44,651 nt of DNA, from positions 1-44,651 of the forward strand of contig NIVC01004479.1 of NCBI GenBank assembly GCA_002269645.1, in the 5' to 3' direction. The stretch is from Macrostomum lignano. Lineage: Eukaryota. The stretch's first letter is position 1; every line of letters begins with the position of its first letter. Shown here in pieces: positions 1-13,133 of the stretch. Below the pieces are notes generated by a model. It ran no database searches. It saw nothing but the letters and a program-made list of their open reading frames with translations, and was not told the origin of the DNA. The translations under genes were made by a program, and so were the position numbers.

Positions 1-2171
1 GCAGTTGCGCTATATGAGGCTAATTAACATACTTTGTGTAAATTAATTTTTCTGACCATAAAAAAACGAATTTTGCTGTTACATGTACATGTATCTGCAT
101 GATGACTTGATTGTAAACTGCACCCTCTTGCTTGAACTTTTGTTATAATGTAGTAATTTCTATACAGACCTAGCTGTTCTCAATTACGTGTTCATGTGCA
201 TGTACAGTATGCTAAAAGCACTGTACGTTTATCTCAAAACTATCTCCTACTATGCAGTGAATGTTTGCAGTTATAAAAAATATCATATAAATGTATGTAT
301 ATAAAAATGGTTTATACATGTCTTAATTAATTGACATGATCCCGTTACATGTATTTCTCAAATCGTGTAAAGATGTCAGTGTTGTTTGATAAATGCCATT
401 GGTTTGCATGTGCTGTAAATATAATATACTACTTATACAAGTAGCAATAAATACATGTAATACCATGCATTGCATATGCAGCAGTATTAATACACTGTAC
501 ACTATATGAATTGCTTTGACTTTGAATTCGAAATTTGATGACCTCAATTAAGGTTAAAGTTTGACTAACAGCTAGAGACCAAACTAGCTGGATTCACACT
601 GGATTCTAATCGAAAACGAAAAATTATAACGAAAAAATCCTTTTGCTATAGGGAAACAGCCTTTTTAAAAAAATTGAGCCGTACGTATATATCTCTGCAC
701 AGAACGCCTCAGAATGTCCTCCCCTAAATCTTTTTCTATTGGTCTCAATTGTACTCTTATTGTACATGTAACTTTATAGCCAGCACAGCTTTACTGTGTA
801 ACCCGGCCTTACTGTGTACCTGTACCTGCACAAAACGCTGCAGGCCATACCGGCGAGGACAGGCGCACAATCGGCGTTTTGTCGACTGCATGCGTAGCGG
901 ACCGCACCTAATTGTCCTAGGACTGTTATGAACAATTACCCCATCAATTAGTAGAACAGTAAAGGAAAAATTTAACCAAATTTAACAAAAAAATACATAG
1001 TTACAGGAAGTCACGAACGTTCTATGCAGGGCACACCTGCACTTATATGAGCGACAGTTAAACGAAAAAAATAGTAAAACAAACGATTTAGGTTAATAAT
1101 GTAGTAAATGTTTTATATATAACAAGACGCATAAAAAATAATCTTATAAAATTATTAAGTATAAATCTTTCTTAAGTATTTTATTTGTTAAATTCATGAG
1201 TAATCAAAGCTTGGTATTAAAATTTGAAATTGTGACTAATTTTTTTTCGAATGGAATTTTCATATGTGCATGTTCTTCGTCGTGACTCGTGCTTTAGTGC
1301 TGTAGCCTGTAGTACATCACTGATTCACTGTACATGTGTTGTGTTGACAGCTTTGACAGTCACAGCGGCGTTGGGAGGGGGGATGTTGGGATGTATTCCC
1401 CCGAATAGCCTAAAAAAGTTTCGTCTGTTTTCTAGCAATTTCTTATTTCTTTTTCGTTTTTGTTCTCCATAGACCATAGGGGATGATAAGGCCGGCCAAG
1501 GCGGCCTTAACCTCCTAACCCGATAAAAACTTTTGGCGGCCTATTGGCGGCTTTTGGCTAGCCTTCTAAATTTTATTGATTTATCAATTTTTGTTTTGCA
1601 TTTTATTAACAACAGCTAATGCCTAAAGCTACTGACTAGGGTTTTGCAATAGACATTTGCTTGGTAATAATTTATTATTAATGATGATACCAAAATTTCC
1701 TTGCAGAAAGGGATACACTTGATCAGTTTCAGTTTCTTTTTAGTAATCCTAGGTCTAGACTTTTAGTGCATTATCCTTTGCCTTTGGCTTTGTTTTAGCT
1801 ATAAATATCTAAGTAGCTTAGCTGTCTGTAGCCCTAGGCCTAGCTATTCAGAAACTTTTAATGCTTAATGTACTTTTTGTTTATTGGTAGCTATATATTA
1901 TATTTATCGATTAAGGTAAAATTGTAACCTTATTTTTACTTTATAAAATAATTACTTGTTTGTAATAGAGCATCTGTTTTTTATCTAATATTTAAAGAAA
2001 GATATTTTAGTTATTTAAAATCAATATTCTTTTTTATATAAGAAATTGTTATTAAATAAATAAATAAAACTAAATGTTTGTTTAAAACTTTTTTACAAAA
2101 AATCAGAAAATTCTAATCTAATGAAAAATATTATAATAAAAAATAATATATAAAGTGTCTTTGCCTGCTCA

Positions 2172-2466
2172 CTGCTCCTGAAACCTCCCCTAATCAGTTA
2201 CAAAAATCGCCTCTTAACTGCCCCTGAAATCTCCCCCAATCAGTTAGAAGAATCGCCCTCAACTGCTCCTGAAATCCCCCCCCCCCAATCAGTTAGAAGA
2301 ATCGCCCCTCAACTGCTCCTGAAATCTCCCCTAATCAGTTAGAAGAATCGCCCTCAACTGCTCCTGAAATCCCCCCCTAATCAGTTAGAAAAATCTATCA
2401 TCAACTGACCCTGAAATCTCCCCCAATCAGTTAATAGAATCGCCACTTAACCACCCCTGAAATCGC
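2172..2466. repeat. Degenerate 45-bp tandem repeat (about 6 copies), CTGCTCCTGAAATCTCCCCTAATCAGTTAGAAGAATCGCCCTCAA
   Basis: Periodicity read directly from the sequence. Confidence 0.8.
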
Positions 2467-2843
2467 TGTACTTGAGAAGTTGCCGTTATTTATGAATAAA
2501 GTTAAGTAGCTGGTTTTATTATAATATTATGCAATATATATTCCATGCTCTAAATGTAGGCTACCATAAGTCCTCGACCTCGTGACAAACCAATTTTGCT
2601 TAATGTTTATTGTATTCCCCCCCTTGTTTTCAAGACAACCAACAATATTGCGCATTGCAACGTGCAGGTGTGTTTCCAATGGCCCTAATTTGCACAGCTG
2701 TAACGTGATATATTTGGCTAGCTAATAAAATATGCGCATATTTATTTTAATAGAATTTTTTGATTCGCACGCTCCCTGCTTTTCTGCATGCTCTTAGAAA
2801 ATTCTAAAAGCTAGTAGAGACATATCTGCGCATACCTTTGTGA

Positions 2844-5800
2844 ATGTCTTTAACAAACGGTTTAGCAGCAGCAATGTCCACTTCAAAGCGATCTGTAGAC
2901 GAGCCGTACACGGCCAGCAGTTACCGATCGATGCGCAGCACCGCAGGCGATGACGTGTTGGCCAAATATCGAACCTCAGACACTTCATCTTCAGCGTTGA
3001 ATTCTTCGAAGCAGTCGTATCGGCTCGATCACAGAGAGCCGAGCTCCGACACGCCAGCTCCTCACCAGCATCAGGTGGGCTACGCCAACCTGCCCAATCA
3101 GATCTACAGGCGAGCGGTTCGTCGCGGGTTCGAATTCAACTTGATGGTGGTTGGCGAGACTGGATTGGGGAAGTCCACCTTGTTGAATAGTTTGTTCTCG
3201 TCTGAGCTGTACAACTCTGACCATCCTGGTCCGTCCAAGCGGATTAAGAAGACTGTCTGTGTTGAATCCCACACTGTACTGTTGAAGGAGAACAGCGTGC
3301 ACCTGCGGCTGAACCTGATTGACACGCCAGGATTTGGTGATGCTGTTGATAATACCAACTGCTGGAGTCCGGTGATTGATTATATTGAGGCCAGGTTCCA
3401 GGAGCACCTTACTGCCGAGCAGAAGGTGAGCTTTTTTTAATTGTCTTGAGATTGTGCACTTTCTGTTCGTTTAACTTTTTGATTTTGCACCTCTAATTAG
3501 GTGTGAGAATCGCCTCTAATTGGGGGTGAGAATCGACTTATTGGGGGTGAGAATCGCCTCTAATTAGGTGTGAGAATCGCCTCTAATTAGGTGCGAGAAT
3601 CGCCTCTAATTAGGTGCGAGAATCGCCTCTATTTAGGTGTGAGAATCGCCTCTAATTGGGGTTGAGAATCGCCTTTAATCAGGTGTGAGAATCGTCTCTA
3701 ATTGGATGTTGAAAATCCCTCTAATTAGGTGTGAAGATCGTCTCTAATTGGGGTGAGAATCGCCTCTAATCGGGGGTGAAAATCGCCTCTAATTAGGTGT
3801 AAGAATCGCCTCTAATTGGGGGTGGGAGTCGTTTCTAATTGGGGGTGAGAATCGCCTCTAATTAGGTGTGACAATCGCCTTTAATAAGGTGTGAGAATCG
3901 CCTCTATTTAGGTGTGACAATCGCCTTTAATCAGGTGTGAGAATCGCCTCTATTTAGGTGCGAGAATCGCCTCTAATTAGGTGTGAGAATCGCCTCTAAT
4001 TAGGTGTGAGAATCGCCTCTAATTAGGTGTGAGAATCGCCTCTATTTAGGTGCGAGAATCGCCTCTAATCAGGTGTGAGAATCGCCTCTAATTAGGTGTG
4101 AGAATCGCCTCTAATTAGGTGTGAGAATCGCCTCTAATTGGGGGTGCGAATCGCCTCTAATTAGGTGTGAGAATCGCCTCTAATTAGATGTGAGAATCGC
4201 CTCTAATTAGGTGTGAGAGTCGTCTCTAATTAGGTGTGAGAATCGTCTCTAATTAGGTGCGAGAATCGCCTTTAATTAGGTGTGAGAATCGCCTCTAATT
4301 AGGTGTGAGAATCGCCTCTAATTAAGTTTGAGAATCGCAATTCGACCCCCGTCACTCACTATCTCCAGGTCAACCGAGGTCAGATTCTGGACAGCAGAGT
4401 ACACTGCGTACTCTACTTCATAGCGCCAACTGGTCACGGCCTGAAGCCGTTGGACATCGAATTCATGAAGCGCCTATCGGACCGGGCCAATGTGGTGCCA
4501 ATTCTGGCCAAGGCCGACTGCATGACCCCGGACGAGTTGCGCGACTTTAAAAAGACAATACTGAACGAGCTTGCTCAGCATAAAATCCGGGTTTACGATT
4601 TCCCCGACTGTCCGGGCAGCGATGCGCCAGCTGCCACCGCATCCGCCGCTGCCTCGTCCGCCTCTGTTTCCGCCGCCTCGTCCGTCTTTAGTTCAACTAA
4701 AGACGACGATTTCAATGGCCAGATAAAGGGCTACAGAGAGCGAATGCCGTTCGCCGTGATTGGCGCCAACTGTACAGTTGAAGGTCGCGGCGGCAGCTCT
4801 AGCCAGCGAGCCCGGGCCAGAGTCTATCCGTGGGGCACAGTTGAAGTGGAAAATTTGGAGCACAACGATTTTCGAGCATTGAGAAACCTGCTGCTGCGGA
4901 CTCATATGCAGGACCTGCGGGAGGTCACCAGCAACCTGCACTATGAGAACTACAGGTGAGCGGCGAGGGGACAGCCGCCATTGTGCCACTTTTCTGTCCT
5001 CTTCTGACTCCCCTTTCCCCCCCCCTACACCCCTTTCCACCCCTCCACTACACCCCCTTTCCACCCCTCCCTACACCCCCTTTCCACCCCTCCCCTACAC
5101 CCCCTTTCCACCCCTCCCTACACCCCCTTTCCACCCCTCCACTACACCCCCTTTCCACCCCTCCCCTACACCCCCTTTCCACCCCTCCACTACACCCCCT
5201 TTCCACCCCTCCCCTACACCCCCTTTCCACCCCTCCGTTCCCCTTCGCTATTCTTCTCCGCCCCCTCTTTGCCCTCCTCCCGCCCCACTTTCCGCCTCCT
5301 TCCCCCCTCCTCTCCGCCCATCCTTTCCGCCCCTTTTCCACCGCCGCTTTTTCTACCCCAAAATTCCCACTCCTCTCCGCTCCCCTTCACACAATCCCAC
5401 TTTCTCCGTCTTCTCTTTGCCCATCTCTTCTCCCTCACTGCCCTTCTTCCGCCTTTCCTCTCCCTCCCTCTCCGCCCCTCTCCGCCCCTGCACTCCAGTG
5501 CGCCATTAAAATTACTACGAGTAAAAGCAGCAGCTCTACCCAACCCTGCACAGCATCCCTGCATCCCTGCAACCTTCAGATTTGGCAAGCTGGCAGGCAT
5601 CGCCCAGGAGTCGAAGTTTCGCACCACGGACGGCAAAGATCCGATGACACAGATGGAGGCGGAGAAGCGCGATCACGATCTTAAGCTGAAGAGTATGAAA
5701 TCTGAGATGGAGGCAGTGTTCGAAATGAAGGTTGGCTTCTCGTTTGTGTACTTTGGCTTTGTCATAATTTCATTGTCACTCACCTAAAGTCACACTCACC

Positions 5801-8124
5801 CTATAGTCACTCCCACCCTATAGTCACTTTCATCCTACAGTCACTCTCATCCTATAGTCACTCTCACGCTATAGTCACTCATCCTATAGTCACTCTCACC
5901 CTATAGTCACTCCCACCCTGTAGTCACTCCCACCCTATAGTCACTCTCACCCTATAGTCACTCTTATCCTATAGTCACTCTCACCCTATAGTCACTCTCA
6001 CCCTATAGTCACTCTCACCCTATAGTCACTCTCACCCTATAGTCACTCTCACCCTATAGTCACTCTCATCCTATAGTCACTCTCACCCTATAGTCACTCT
6101 CACCCTATAGTCACTCTCGCCCTATAGTCACTCTCACGTTATAGTCACTCTCATCCTATAGTCACTCTCACCCTATAGTCACTCTCATCCTATAGTCACT
6201 CTCACCCTATAGTCACTCTCACCCTATAGTCACTCTCACCCTATAGTCACTCTCACCCTATAGTCACTCTCACGCTATAGTCACTCTCACCCTATAGTCA
6301 CTCTCATCCTATAGTCACTCTCACCCTATAGTCACTCTCACCCTATAGTCACTCTCACCCTATAGTCACTCTCACGCTATAGTCACTCATCCTATAGTCA
6401 CTCTCACCCTATAGTCACTCCCACCCTGTAGTCACTCCCACCCTATAGTCACTCCCACCCTATATTCACTCTCACCCTATAGTCACTCTCACCCTATAGT
6501 TACTCTCACACTATAGTCACTCTCACCCTATAGTCACTCTCATCCTATAGTCACTCTCACCCTATAGTCACTCTCACCCTATAGTCACTCTCACCCTATG
6601 TCACTCTCATCCTATAGTCACTCTCACCCTATAGTCACTCTCACCCTATAGTCACTCTCACCCTATAGTCACTCTCACCCTATGTCACTCTCATCCTATA
6701 GTCACTCTCACCCTATAGTCACTCTCACCCTATAGTCACTCACCCTATAGTCACTCTCATCCTATTGTCACTCTCACCCTATAGTCACTCTCACCCTATA
6801 GTCACTCTTATCCTATAGTCACTCTCACCCTATAGTCACTCTCACCCTATAGTCACTCTCACCCTATAGTCACTCTCACGCTATAGTCACTCATCCTATA
6901 GTCACTCTCACCCTATAGTCACTCCCACCCTGTAGTCACTCCCACCCTATAGTCACTCCCACCCTATATTCACTCTCACCCTATAGTCACTCTCACCCTA
7001 TAGTTACTCTCACACTATAGTCACTCTCACCCTATAGTCACTCTCACCCTATAGTCACTCTCATCCTATAGTCACTCTCACCCTATAGTCACTCTCACCC
7101 TATGTCACTCTCATCCTATAGTCACTCTCACCCTATAGTCACTCTCACCCTATAGTCACTCTCACCCTATAGTCACTCTCACCCTATGTCACTCTCATCC
7201 TATAGTCACTCTCACCCTATAGTCACTCTCACCCTATAGTCACTCACCCTATAGTCACTCTCATCCTATTGTCACTCTCACCCTATAGTCACTCTCACCC
7301 TATAGTCACTCTCATCCTATTGTCACTCTCACCCTATAGTCACTCTCACCCTATAGTCACCCTCACCCTATAGTCACCCTCACCCTATAGTCACTCAAAC
7401 GCAGTCACCCTCACCCTATAGTCACTCAAACGCAGTCACCCTCACCCTATAGTCACTCAAACGCAGTCACCCTCACCCTATAGTCACTCAAACGCAGTCA
7501 CCCTCACCCTATAGTCACTCAAACGCAGTCACCCTCACCCTATAGTCACTCAAACGCAGTCACCCTCACCCTATAGTCACTCTCACACAGTCACCCTCAC
7601 CCTATAGTCACTCAAACGCAGTCACTCTCACCCTATAGTCACTCAAACGCAGTCACCCTCACCCTATAGTCACTCAAACGCAGTCACCCTCACCCTATAG
7701 TCACTCTCACACAGTCACCCTCACCCTATAGTCACTCAAACGCAGTCACTCTCACCCTATAGTCACTCAAACGCAGTCACCCTCACCCTATAGTCACTCT
7801 CACACAGTCACCCTCACCCTGCCCGGGCCGCAGGTGAAGGAGAAGAACCAGAAGCTCAAAGACTCCGAGCAGGACCTGCAGCGCCGGGCGGACCAGATGC
7901 GGCGCCAGCTGGAGCAGCAGGAGGCCGAACTAGCCGAGCGCAGGCGCCAATTCGAAGCCGAGAAGCAGGCCTGGGAGGCCTCGTTCGGCAATCATCAGGC
8001 TGACGGCGGCGCGTCAGATCCTCGCCGGCAGAGCCTGGAACCGCAGCGGCAGCCGTCGCCTCAGCTGAACGATGCGGCCAGCAAGGAGAAGAGCAAGACT
8101 AAGCGGTTGCCGTTTTTCAAGTGA
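2844..8124 (+). CDS. SEPT7: Septin-7 orthologue, 4 coding exons: 2844-3425, 4369-4955, 5580-5730, 7834-8124 (about 536 aa from ATG 2844; the true start could be ATG 2874 or an upstream exon)
   Basis: G1 GETGLGKS, G3 DTPG, G4 AKAD, the YPWG...HYENYR septin unique element, and a C-terminal coiled coil [21 protein letters not shown] closely matching SEPT7. All three introns are GT-AG with compatible phases (0, 2, 0). AATAAA at 8241. Confidence 0.95.
3488..4338. repeat. 23-bp minisatellite GAGAATCGCCTCTAATTAGGTGT (septin intron 1)
   Basis: Periodicity read directly from the sequence. Confidence 0.95.
5012..5236. repeat. 24-bp C-rich minisatellite CCCCTACACCCCCTTTCCACCCCT plus a pyrimidine-rich tail to about 5490 (septin intron 2)
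   Basis: Periodicity read directly; G-runs on the minus strand give G4 potential. Confidence 0.9.
5775..7820. repeat. 17-bp minisatellite ACCCTATAGTCACTCTC, switching to a 31-bp composite unit from about 7380 (septin intron 3)
   Basis: Periodicity read directly; diagnostic variants recur about 505 bp apart. Confidence 0.95.
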
Positions 8125-8292
8125 TTTTTATAGTTTAGCGTTGAATTTTGTTATCTCTCTCCTCAATGATTAGTTTACTAGTACTTTATGTACTTTAATT
8201 ATTCGATATCATTTAATAGCGTCCAGGCAATTTGAAACTAAATAAAGTTCGGTTATTTTGTGTATGCTATTATCGTTAACATTTTTCAAACC

Positions 8293-8602
8293 ATGGGTCA
8301 ATAAGGTCAAACCTAGATTTGATCAAGGTCAAACCAATCAGCTGGCTTAGGGTCAATCAAGGTCAAGCCTATCAACTGGCTTAGAGTTAACTAAGGTTAA
8401 ACCTAGGGTCAATTAGGATCAAATATTGGGTCAATCAAGGTCAAACCAGTCAGCTGGGTTAGGGTCAATCGAGGTCAAACCTATCAACTGGATTAGATTA
8501 GAATTAATTAAAAATAAACTATCCACTGTTAAAGTTCTTGACACTGGCTCAGGTTTATTTAGGGTCAACCCTCGACAGCTGATTTCGGGTCATTCAAGGT
8601 CA
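8293..8602. repeat. Degenerate repeat rich in (A/G)GGTCA half-sites downstream of septin
   Basis: GGGTCA-N4-AGGTCA at 8350, 8428, 8462 and 8587; N3 spacing at 8295. Confidence 0.6.
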
Positions 8603-9239
8603 AGCGTGTCATCCTGTAATTTTGTGCATTTTATTATCAAATTTATCAGCTGATCTTGAATTCTTTGAGTTTCAAGGATTTTAAGGTCAAACTAGTCAGT
8701 GAAACCGACTCACAATTTAACAGCTATCAATGATTCTAAGGAATTCACTTTTTCTCTTTTTCTTTTTGATATCCAGCGAATTCTGTATACAGGAGCATGA
8801 ACTCTATAGTCTACTACTGCTGATCATATATAAATTGCTTTTCTGGTCCTACTATACTACTTATAATAATATTCTATCCGCATGTTAAAGTTTGCCTGCT
8901 ATAAAAATATTTTTTGTTACAATTTTGTCTAAAATCAAATCATTGTTTTTTTGTTCTCTTTTACGCAAGCTGCTCTTCCAATCATTTATGATTCTTCTGT
9001 TGAACACTGAGTAAATATTGATATTGAGCAATTTTGGTATGTACGGAGGTTTATAATGTTCCTTTTTGCTCCTTTCCCGTGAAATTCTAAGATTATTTTT
9101 ATTATATCTTTTATTAGTGGAGTAATTACTTGTTGCGGAATTATGGGGAGAATTATCCCCCAATTAGGATATTCGTTAAGCCGCTTTAAGTGTGCTTTGT
9201 TGTACCAGTTACTCGGTGCATTGCTTTTTGCTTTCTGCT

Positions 9240-10945
9240 TTTGTGTCTAACAGGTGGGTAGCTGTGTCTAACAGGTGGGTAGCTGTGTCTAACAGGTGGG
9301 TAGCTGTGTTTAACAGGTGGGTAGCTGTGTCTAACAGGTGGGTAGCTGTGTTTAACAGGTGGGTAGCTGTGTCTAACAGGTGGGTAGCTGTGTCTAACAG
9401 GTGGGTAGCTGTGTCTAACAGGTGGGTAGCTGTGTTTAACAGGTGGGTAGCTGTGTCTAACAGGTGGGTAGCTGTGTCTAACAGTTAGGTAGTTGTGTCT
9501 AACAGGTGGGTAGTTGTGTCTAACAGTTAGGTAGTTGTGTCTAACAGGTGGGTAGCTGTGTCTAACAGGTGGGTAGTTGTGTCTAACAGGTGGGTAGTTG
9601 TGTCTAACAGGTGGGTAGTTGTGTCTAACAGGTGGGTAGTTGTGTCTAACAGTTAGGTAGTTGTGTCTAACAGTTAGGTAGTTGTGTCTAACAGTTAGGT
9701 AGTTGTGTCTAACAGTTAGGTAGTTGTGTCTAACAGATGGATTATGTGTCGAACAGGTGGGTAGTTGTGTCTAACAGGTGGGTAGTTGTGTCTAACAGTT
9801 AGGTAGTTGTGTCGAACAGGTGGGTAGTTGTGTCTAACAGTTAGGTAGTTGTGTCTAACAGATGGATTATGTGTCGAACAGGTGGGTAGTTGTGTCTAAC
9901 AGGTGGGTAGTTGTGTCTAACAGTTAGGTAGTTGTGTCTAACAGTTAGTTAGTTGTGTCTAACAGTTAGGTAGTTGTGTCTAACAGATGGATTATGTGTC
10001 GAACAGGTGGGTAGTTGTGTCTAACAGGTGGGTAGTTGTGTCTAACAGGTGGGTAGTTGTGTCTAACAGATGGATTATGTGTCGAACAGGTGGGTACTTG
10101 TGTCTAACAGGTGGGTAGTTGTGTCTAACAGGTGGATAATTGTGTCGAACAGGTGGGTAGTTGTGTCTAACAGGTGGATAATTGTGTCGAACAGGTGGAT
10201 AGTTGTGTCTAACAGGTGGGTAGTTGTGTCTAACAGGTGGATAATTGTGTCGAACAGGTGGATAGTTGTGTCTAACAGGTGGGTAGTTGTGTCTATCAGG
10301 TGGGTAGTTGTGTCTAACAGGTGGGTAGTTGTGTCTAACAGGTGGATAATTGTGTCGAACAGGTGGATAGTTGTGTCTAACAGGTGGGTAGTTGTGTCTA
10401 TCAGGTGGGTAGTTGTGTCTAACAGGTGGGTAGTTGTGTCTAACAGTTAGGTAGTTGTGTCTAACAGATGGATTATGTGTCGAACAGGTGGGTAGTTGTG
10501 TCTAACAGGTGGGTAGTTGTGTCTAACAGTTAGGTAGTTGTGTCTAACAGTTAGTTAGTTGTGTCTAACAGTTAGGTAGTTGTGTCTAACAGATGGATTA
10601 TGTGTCGAACAGGTGGGTAGTTGTGTCTAACAGGTGGGTAGTTGTGTCTAACAGGTGGGTAGTTGTGTCTAACAGATGGATTATGTGTCGAACAGGTGGG
10701 TACTTGTGTCTAACAGGTGGGTAGTTGTGTCTAACAGGTGGATAATTGTGTCGAACAGGTGGGTAGTTGTGTCTAACAGGTGGATAATTGTGTCGAACAG
10801 GTGGGTAGTTGTGTCTAACAGGTGGGTAGTTGTGTCTAACAGGTGGATAATTGTGTCTAACAGGTGGATAGTTGTGTCTAACAGGTGGATAGTTGTGTCT
10901 AACAGGTGGGTAGTTGTGTCTAACAGGTGGGTAGTTGTGTCTAAC
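9240..10945. repeat. 21-bp minisatellite TGTGTCTAACAGGTGGGTAG(C/T)
   Basis: Periodicity read directly; explains the NRWVAVS ORFs. Confidence 0.97.
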
Positions 10946-11730
10946 ACAATGAATAACACCAATGCAGTCCTACGTTAGATGATATTACTTGCCACAAAAA
11001 CTTACTTTAATTTAACTTTTATTATGCAAATTCCTTTGATTGAAACATTTCAAGTCACTTTGTGCAAATATTTTCACTTGCAACCCAGTAGTGACTGCTG
11101 GATATTGCTGGATTTTTTCGATTAATAAAATCTATCAGTTTTGAAGTGACCAATATTTCTATCGCGCATTGTTTTAATTTGGGGGCCAATTATTATAGCC
11201 GATATCATTTTTCATTCAATTTTTATTGACCGCAATCAAGAATTTAGAAGCATGTTAATCAAGTTTATTTTTTATAGTTTTTTTCACAAAAATTTGAGCT
11301 GAAATTAAAAAAAATAATTTCCGATGATAAAACGCGCTGCTTGTCTACTTGTAAGTAGTGTACTGTTGGCGTTCTTAATGCTGGTATATACAGACTCTAT
11401 CTGAGTTATACAGACTCTGTGCATTAGTTAATGAAAAAACATTCTGCCACCCTTTTGCCTACGTGGTTACCTATTTGTAACGGAATGCAGATATGTAATT
11501 GTACCGTAAAGCATATAGTATATGCACGTGTTTTATAATAGCAATAAAATTGTGCAATTCATGCGGAAATTGCTTTAATTTGTTAGTACCCAATTGTATC
11601 GGATATAAATACAATGCAAATATCTTTACTCTGTTGCCAGCGCGCGGTTTAACTGTTTTAAAAATCATTTGCGCAAACTGAGCATTATAGATTTTTTAAA
11701 TATTTCTTTGTGATTTACCTTGTAGTGTCC

Positions 11731-13133
11731 GTGTGAACTGGCTGTGTGACAGGTGAACTGGCTGTGTGACAGGTGAACTGCTGTGAACTGGCTGTGTGAC
11801 AGGTGAACTGGCTGTGTGACAGGTAAACTGGCTGTGTGACAGGTGAACTGGCTGTGTGACAGGTGAACTGGCTGTGTGACAGGTGAACTGGCTGTGTGAC
11901 AGGTGAACTGGCTGTGTGACAGGTGAACTGGCTGTGTGACAGGTGAACTGGCTGTGTGACAGGTAAACTGGCTGTGTGACAGGTGAACTGCTGTGAACTG
12001 GCTGTGGGACAGGTGAACTGGCTGTGTGACAGGTGAACTGGCTGTGTGACAGGTGAACTGGCTGTGTGACAGGTGAACTGCTGTGTGACAGGTGAACTGG
12101 CTGTGTGACAGGTGAACTGGCTGTGTGACAGGTGAACTGGCTGTGTGACAGGTGAACGGGCTGTGTGACAGGTGAACTGGCTGTGTGACAGGTGAACTGG
12201 CTGTGTGACAGGTGAACTGGCTGTGTGACAGGTAAACTGGCTGTGGGACAGGTGAACTGCTGTGAACTGGCTGTGGGACAGGTGAACTGCTGTGAACTGG
12301 CTGTGTGACAGTTGAACTGGCTGTGTGACAGGTGAACTGCTGTGTGACAGGTGAACTGGCTGTGTGACATGTGAACTGGCTGTGTGACAGGTGAACTGGC
12401 TGTGTGACAGGTGAACGGGCTGTGTGACAGGTGAACTGCTGTGTGACAGGTGAACTGCTGTGTGACAGGTGAACTGCTGTGTGACAGGTAAACTGGCTGT
12501 GTGACAGGTGAACTGCTGTGAACTGGCTGTGTGACAGGTGAACTGGCTGTGTGACAGGTGAACTGGCTGTGTGACAGGTGAACTGGCTGTGTGACAGGTG
12601 AACTGCTGTGTGACAGGTGAACTGGCTGTGTGACAGGTGAACTGGCTGTGTGACAGGTGAACTGGCTGTGTGACAGGTGAACTGGCTGTGTGACAGGTGA
12701 ACGGGCTGTGTGACAGGTGAACTGCTGTGTGACAGGTGAACTGCTGTGTGACAGGTGAACTGCTGTGGGACAGGTGAACTGCTGTGAACTGGCTGTGTGA
12801 CAGGTGAACTGCTGTGGGACAGGTGAACTGCTGTGAACTGGCTGTGTGACAGGTGAACTGCTGTGAACTGGCTGTGGGACAGGTGAACTGGCTGTGTGAC
12901 AGGTGAACTGCTGTGTGACAGGTGAACTGGCTGTGTGACATGTGAACTGGCTGTGTGGCAGGTGAACTGCTGTGGGACAGGTGAACTGCTGTGGGACAGG
13001 TGAACTGCTGTGGGACAGGTGAACTGGCTGTGTGACAGGTGAACTGCTGTGGGACAGGTGAACTGCTGTGAACTGCTGTGTGACAGGGGAACTGGCTGTG
13101 TGACAGGTGAACTGCTGTGAACTGCTGTGTGAC
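11731..13133. repeat. 19-20-bp minisatellite GTGAACTGGCTGTGTGACAG
   Basis: Periodicity read directly. Confidence 0.97.

Noticed and set aside
1-2170. Short ORFs and small palindromes (for example AAGGCCG-N7-CGGCCTT near 1488) upstream of septin
   Set aside because: AT-rich intergenic DNA; I found no partner TIR, TSD or protein motif.
4943-5787. Pro-rich (extensin-like) ORFs
   Set aside because: C-rich repeat in septin intron 2; only 5580-5730 is a real exon.
5775-7820. Resemblance of CCCTATAGT to the T7 promoter end (vector contamination)
   Set aside because: Only 9 nt match, the upstream TAATACGACTC is absent, and the array lies in a bona fide intron with degenerate genomic edges.
8885-9163. 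92-aa minus-strand ORF
   Set aside because: AT-rich, no motif and no splice support.
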